From: a virus
Length of the DNA stretch: 36,474 nt
Virus record (IMG/VR): IMGVR_UViG_3300037461_000275
Span: 1 to 36,474 of that record
Reading direction: 5' to 3' (one strand)
Shown: positions 32,667 to 36,474 of the stretch, one piece after another
Position numbering within the stretch: the stretch's first letter is position 1
Layout of the letters: each line of letters starts with the position of its first letter
The notes under the pieces: generated by a model
What the model saw: only the letters and a program-made list of their open reading frames with translations
Databases searched by the model: none
Told to the model about the DNA's origin: nothing
Position numbers and translations under genes: made by a program

Positions 32667-33511
32667 GTATGCGACCTCCTGTTTATTTCCCCCAGGATGG
32701 CGCCGAGCGACACCATGCCGGGCTTTTTATATTCTGCTGCTTTGGCCTCATGGTCCATTGCGTTGTATTTGCCATTTTCGATTGTCATGGCCGCGCCGAG
32801 ATAGGCCCCTGGCGCATGGACTGTCTTTTTGCTGTTCTTTAGCGATTCCAGGCAATGAATGATGGCTTTCGGGTTTGCCCTGATGTTGTTTTCCAGAAAC
32901 AGTTGTACCTCCCGCATGTACCTGGGATCTGGATTTTTGTTTCGGATCTCATGGAACAGGATCCCGATCTTTTGGCCCGCGCTTTTATCTTCTCCGTTCC
33001 CGTTGTTTTTTTCAGAAGGCGCTTTTTTCTTTTCAGAGTTATCAACAGGCTCATCCTCCTCCGGCGCCTTAGCTTTTATTATATTAACTTCTCTTATATT
33101 AGCTTGTGCGGGACCTTCTCCGTCATTACTCCGGACCTCCTCCGGAGTTCCTCCGGAGTTACTCCGGAGCGGTGGCGGAATCTTGGACGGCGTCTCCCGG
33201 TCCTTTCTCAGGTTTTTCTGGAATGTTTCAAACTGGTTTAATTGTAGATATTTCCGGCCGTTACATTCATAGAGAACGATCAGGCCGGCAGCCGCTATCT
33301 CCCCCAATAGCCGCTTGATTGCCCTGGTGTTTATATGGTCCAGAAGGGGAAAAAGGTCAGCCTTTATCAGGGCTGGTTCGGCCTCCATCCGGCCGTCAAC
33401 GTCCAAATAAGGGATGAGCCAGGTAAAAAACAGCCTCGCCGTGTCAGATTTTAACGCCGAGACCTTAAAACTTCGGCTTATTCGCCTCGATAATATGCGC
33501 CCCTCAGCCAT
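32663..33511 (-). CDS. Replisome organizer / replication initiator candidate
   Basis: 282 aa. N-terminal winged-helix-like domain (ARLFFTWLIPYLDVDGR...LIVLYECNGRKYLQL). A low-complexity linker DNA carries four 11-bp iterons plus an AT-rich stretch, the lambda O-like arrangement. Confidence 0.6.
   Translation of the reverse strand: MAEGRILSRRISRSFKVSALKSDTARLFFTWLIPYLDVDGRMEAEPALIKADLFPLLDHINTRAIKRLLGEIAAAGLIVLYECNGRKYLQLNQFETFQKNLRKDRETPSKIPPPLRSNSGGTPEEVRSNDGEGPAQANIREVNIIKAKAPEEDEPVDNSEKKKAPSEKNNGNGEDKSAGQKIGILFHEIRNKNPDPRYMREVQLFLENNIRANPKAIIHCLESLKNSKKTVHAPGAYLGAAMTIENGKYNAMDHEAKAAEYKKPGMVSLGAILGEINRRSHT
33068..33170. promoter_or_regulatory. Candidate origin of replication: 4 x 11-bp iterons (TCCGGA cores at 33130, 33141, 33152, 33163) next to an AT-rich segment (33068-33108)
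   Basis: ACTCCGGACCT CCTCCGGAGTT CCTCCGGAGTT ACTCCGGAGCG, followed by AGCTTTTATTATATTAACTTCTCTTATATTAGCTT. Located inside the linker-coding part of 32663..33511. Confidence 0.55.
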
Positions 33512-33536
33512 TTTTTATACCCCTTTTTAAAAGTTA

Positions 33537-34058
33537 TCAACAGCCCGTTTGGCTATTTTTTTCCGTGATCTGTTTCTTTTCGGGCGGCCTTACAATCTCG
33601 ATCTTGCGCTTGTTGATGGCGCCTTTGATAAATGCGGCGCGCACCATTTTTTGCTGCCGGTCGTTTTCTTCTTCCATTGTAAGCAATGCGTGGTTGACAT
33701 TGGACAGAGCCGACGCCGCCCTGTTCAGCTCACGGCGGACCTTCGCCATGCGCCGGTCGTATGCCGTCTTGATCTGGTCTTTCGGCGGCAGGATTTCAAA
33801 GCCCGGAACCGCCCTTGACCGGATCATGCAGATATTGTGATCTTCGAGCAATACCTCAATGGCTTTATACCTTTGCAGGCGCTCCATTTCGATTGCCTTA
33901 TATTGGCCATAGGTCATGTTTCCGGACGGTTCCGTAACCGACATAAAGGCGTCGAGTTCCGCATCGGTGATGATTGTGCCATACCCCTCCATGTTGAAAC
34001 GTTTGACGATTTGCTCAATGGCCTCTTTGTATGCCGGATGTTTTTTTGTCTCTTCCAT
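33537..34058 (-). CDS. Hypothetical protein (173 aa)
   Basis: ATG with AGGAGG 8 nt upstream. Helical and charged. No family recognised. Confidence 0.7.
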   Translation of the reverse strand: MEETKKHPAYKEAIEQIVKRFNMEGYGTIITDAELDAFMSVTEPSGNMTYGQYKAIEMERLQRYKAIEVLLEDHNICMIRSRAVPGFEILPPKDQIKTAYDRRMAKVRRELNRAASALSNVNHALLTMEEENDRQQKMVRAAFIKGAINKRKIEIVRPPEKKQITEKNSQTGC

Positions 34059-34083
34059 GATGTGCCTCCTGTTTTGTCAGTAA

Positions 34084-34150
34084 ATAACCCTGCCTAGCCC
34101 TGCCTCGCCCCGCCGTGCCATGCCATGCCCCGCCATGCCATGCCGCTTTA
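34084..34150 (-). repeat. Pentamer array A: TAAAGC-(GGCNN)x11-GGTTAT on the transcribed strand
   Basis: Plus strand reads ATAACC ctGCC taGCC ctGCC tcGCC ccGCC gtGCC atGCC atGCC ccGCC atGCC atGCC GCTTTA. It starts 9 nt after the stop of 34160..34756 and ends 13 nt before the AGGAGG of the next gene. Confidence 0.9.
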
Positions 34151-34159
34151 ATCTTCTTG

Positions 34160-34756
34160 CTATGCCCGCACAACATCGAACCGGCCGAGCCGGGGACGCT
34201 TTTCACAAAGACCGATGTATTTGCCGGCCGTTTCAACAATCATGACAACCGTGCGCTCATCCAACACCTGCTCGTCAATGGCAATGCTGAATAAAAATGA
34301 CCAGTTATGAAAAATTGGGCGCGTGCGCAACACCTGCTGCATCCCGACCTTGACCATAGCCTGGTGCCTGTAATTCGGATAAAATTTATCCAATTCCAAA
34401 ATAGGGATTTCGCCGTTCTGCTTGACCCTGATTTTCGTGCCGCTGTAATCCAACGGCAACCAATCCTCCATGATCATGACGCCCTGCTTGTATTGCTTCC
34501 CGTTTTTTGTTTTTTTAGCGGCGTCCCATAAGCACCGATCAAGGTTATCGCTCGGCAACGCAACAACCCCGTCATTAAGGTAAAGCCCCGCCTCCCATTC
34601 TACACGGGCGATTTCCTCAAAATCCTCATCGGTTTTTTTCCGCTTCGCTGTCAGCGCCTTCATGTGTTTCGCATAATTATTCAATGGATTTGATGCTTTA
34701 TTGCAATGAATCAACAATGGAACAATTCCAACCGCCTTAAAATTTAACTCTTTCAT
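34160..34756 (-). CDS. Hypothetical protein (198 aa) bracketed by the two pentamer arrays
   Basis: Clean ORF with RBS AAGGAG. Visibly AT-richer than the backbone. No family recognised. Confidence 0.75.
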   Translation of the reverse strand: MKELNFKAVGIVPLLIHCNKASNPLNNYAKHMKALTAKRKKTDEDFEEIARVEWEAGLYLNDGVVALPSDNLDRCLWDAAKKTKNGKQYKQGVMIMEDWLPLDYSGTKIRVKQNGEIPILELDKFYPNYRHQAMVKVGMQQVLRTRPIFHNWSFLFSIAIDEQVLDERTVVMIVETAGKYIGLCEKRPRLGRFDVVRA

Positions 34757-34854
34757 AAATTTCTCCTTGTTCGTTCGTTTTCGGCATCTTTTAAGCGTTT
34801 GTGGTTTTTATAACCCGCTTCTTTTTCCTGCCCCTTTGAACGTTTTTGAATTGG

Positions 34855-34921
34855 ATAACCCCGCCTTGCCACGCCTTGCCGGGCCGGGCCGGGCCACGCC
34901 TCGCCTCGCCGGGCCGCTTTA
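34855..34921 (-). repeat. Pentamer array B: TAAAGC-(GGCNN)x11-GGTTAT on the transcribed strand
   Basis: Plus strand reads ATAACC ccGCC ttGCC acGCC ttGCC ggGCC ggGCC ggGCC acGCC tcGCC tcGCC ggGCC GCTTTA. The TAA of the flank is the stop codon of the VRR-NUC gene. Confidence 0.9.
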
Positions 34922-35209
34922 CATTAAAAACCGATCCTGGACCCCCAGGCCGGCGATCACATCATCGATGGACCTGGCCACAAAGGCCAGGCCCCCCGCC
35001 GCGTTGACGTTGTCGATAAACCGCTGCTGATCATAACTAACCTTGCCCTTCGGCGCCTTGACCTCAATGGCCAACAGCCGGCCGCGATAGCAACCCAGGA
35101 TATCAGCGATCCCCTTGGCCCCCATCGGGCCGCCGTGGTTTTTCCAATGAAAGATCCCCAGGCTTTTAAGCAGCCCCCGGATCGCATCTGTAATTTGCCG
35201 CTCCTTCAT
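34919..35209 (-). CDS. VRR-NUC domain nuclease (PD-(D/E)XK; junction-resolvase-like)
   Basis: ATG at 35209 (MKERQITDAIR), ATGA-coupled to recT. GIADILGCYRGRLLAIEVKAPKGKVSYDQQRF contains D ... E-x-K. Confidence 0.7.
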   Translation of the reverse strand: MKERQITDAIRGLLKSLGIFHWKNHGGPMGAKGIADILGCYRGRLLAIEVKAPKGKVSYDQQRFIDNVNAAGGLAFVARSIDDVIAGLGVQDRFLM

Positions 35210-36333
35210 CCCTGCCATGCCGGGCAGCCCTCGCGTTCCGTACAGCGTTCGCAAAAGACGACGGTCATAACCGCGTGATCCTCCCTGGCCGGGCAGGGCG
35301 CCGGCGCTAATGCCTCGCCCGTCAGGGCGTCAACGGCGGCCGCTCCTTCCTGCTTTTTTGCCGGCGGCTTTTTCCTTGTTTTCAGCCAGGATGGATACAG
35401 CTTCCAGAGATCCTTGAGATCCTTGTCGCTGGCCGCAGCCGCCAGTTTGACCTCCTCGACGGTCTTTTTGTTGCCGGCCGCCACGCGGTCCAGGTACTCC
35501 TGCACCGCCTCCGGATCCGCGCCCTTCGGGATCGACGCCTCAAATTTCTCCAGCAGCGCAGCGGGATCCGCCGTCCCCTCCCCGGTTGTTTCCGCGTCGA
35601 TCACGTCCCCGGCTGTCATGCTGTCCAGCAGATCGTCCTGGGCCTCGCCGGACATGGCCCGGTCCTCCAGGGCGACGGCCCGCTGAAATTCAACGGACAG
35701 CGGCGCCAACTTCGCGTGCCGCTTGATCACGGTCTTTTTCGCCATTTCCGCCCAATCCGTCACCCAGGGACCCTCGCTTGACGCCTTCGACCGCTTGCGG
35801 ATTTTTTCGATATCGGCCGCGGTCATGAAATCAAACGAGTACCCGCCGTCCTTGTATTTGAATACAACAAACGCGCCGACGGGCTCGCCCCGGTCCCCGT
35901 TGATATACGGTTTGTGGACCAGGCTGTCCTCGATCCCGTACGTCAGCTCAAAATGGTCGCGCTCGTACACAACCTGGGTCGACACGGACTGGATCTCCCC
36001 GGTCCGCCTGGCCAGCGCCAGATAACCGCGATATCCCGGGATCAGCGTGCAGATCATCTTTCCGGACTTGTTGTCCTTGAATGGCACAAGATAAGCCTGG
36101 CCCAGGAATTGATCCGGCTCCAGGCCGAGCTGGGCGCACGTCATGACGCACGCCAGAAGGCTTTGCGGCGTACATTCCAGGAGCTTCGGCGTCCGCTGGA
36201 TCGACGTCATGGCCACGCGCAGCAGCCGGTCCGCCGTCAAATGTTTCGGCAATGCCATTTCCAGCTGCTTCCGGCTCTTGTCCAACAGTCCCCGGATATC
36301 AGCCGCCCTTTGTGTCGCTGGTGAATTCGACAT
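35206..36333 (-). CDS. recT: RecT-family single-strand annealing protein with a Cys-containing C-terminal extension
   Basis: The sequence shows RecT-like motifs: LLECTPQSLLACVMTCAQLGLEP, AYLVPF, LIPGYRGYLALARRTGEI, VVYERDHFE and KKTVIKRHAKLAPLS. RBS GAGGAGG. Confidence 0.9.
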   Translation of the reverse strand: MSNSPATQRAADIRGLLDKSRKQLEMALPKHLTADRLLRVAMTSIQRTPKLLECTPQSLLACVMTCAQLGLEPDQFLGQAYLVPFKDNKSGKMICTLIPGYRGYLALARRTGEIQSVSTQVVYERDHFELTYGIEDSLVHKPYINGDRGEPVGAFVVFKYKDGGYSFDFMTAADIEKIRKRSKASSEGPWVTDWAEMAKKTVIKRHAKLAPLSVEFQRAVALEDRAMSGEAQDDLLDSMTAGDVIDAETTGEGTADPAALLEKFEASIPKGADPEAVQEYLDRVAAGNKKTVEEVKLAAAASDKDLKDLWKLYPSWLKTRKKPPAKKQEGAAAVDALTGEALAPAPCPAREDHAVMTVVFCERCTEREGCPAWQG

Positions 36334-36347
36334 AATTCCGTCCTCCT

Positions 36348-36474
36348 CTTTTAGGTTCTAAATACGGTTTTTGATTCCTCATAGATCCGGATCCCCGGTA
36401 TTGTCCGGATCCCCATCTTGATCGCGTCCCGGACCGCCTGATCGTTGACGACCTTATACTCCGCCGGCACAGCC
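36348..36474. repeat. Terminal direct repeat, right copy; duplicates the 3' end (36351-36474) of the CDS at 4..828
   Basis: Same 127 nt as 1-127. The stop codon TAA at 36351-36353 corresponds to 4-6. Confidence 0.9.

Noticed and set aside
34084-34921. CRISPR array, or Chi-site cluster (AGCGG / GAAGCGG occur in the array flanks), as an explanation of the GGCNN arrays
   Set aside because: The units are 5 nt with no spacers, so this is not CRISPR. AGCGG-type pentamers are expected many times by chance in a GC-rich 36-kb genome, and a Chi role would not explain eleven phased GGC triplets.
34015-35030. Track ORFs reading through the pentamer arrays (34015..34239 minus, 34767..35030 plus)
   Set aside because: A 5-nt period cannot be a codon-level repeat. 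The translations are low-complexity (AAWHGGAWHGTAGRGRARQG, PRLAGPGRATPRLAGP). The arrays sit exactly between well-defined stops and starts.

Overview
The window is one complete, circularly closed genome of a visibly GC-rich temperate phage with podovirus-like (T7-order) morphogenesis genes. Bases 1-127 repeat at 36348-36474, so the unique length is 36,347 bp.

Gene layout: almost every gene lies on the minus strand in one direction that wraps through the window ends. The order is cro-like HTH and small early proteins (4238->846), then the recombination, replication and regulation block that wraps through the junction: coiled-coil protein (828->4), RecT, VRR-NUC, two orphan genes, replisome organizer with an internal iteron/AT-rich origin, and a small HTH protein (36333->32279). 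Then come TerS/TerL, portal, scaffold, MCP and a decoration-like protein. Next are gp11-like and gp12-like tail proteins, several fibre/receptor-binding candidates, three internal-core-like proteins and a T7 gp17 N-terminal-like fibre stub. A lysis cassette (7417->5985) ends the operon. The plus strand carries only a cI-like HTH gene, a 31-codon membrane micropeptide ORF and a tyrosine integrase. These are followed by an attP that holds the 3' part of a tRNA-Gln-like gene, a terminator and repeated TGACTACG arm-type motifs.

Most unusual observations:
1. Two 67-nt intergenic arrays with identical architecture, TAAAGC-(GGCNN)x11-GGTTAT on the transcribed strand, bracket an AT-richer orphan gene. 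Only the GGC triplets, their 5-nt phase, the copy number and the flanks are conserved. This recalls the 11 phased triplets bound by ring-shaped TRAP.
2. Two paralogous single-TM micropeptides (FYA..L..L..A..L[KR]GWW) are encoded, one before int and one inside the late operon.
3. Five modification enzymes sit inside the virion module: 2 class-I SAM methyltransferases, a GNAT-like protein, a GT-A glycosyltransferase and a Cst-II/Maf-like transferase.
4. A 668-aa fibre has a Gly-rich domain followed by about 18 tandem 22-aa repeats.
5. Tandem 13-bp repeats lie upstream of terS.

Everything here was read by eye. No similarity searches, folding or statistics were run, so family names are recalled motif-level assignments.
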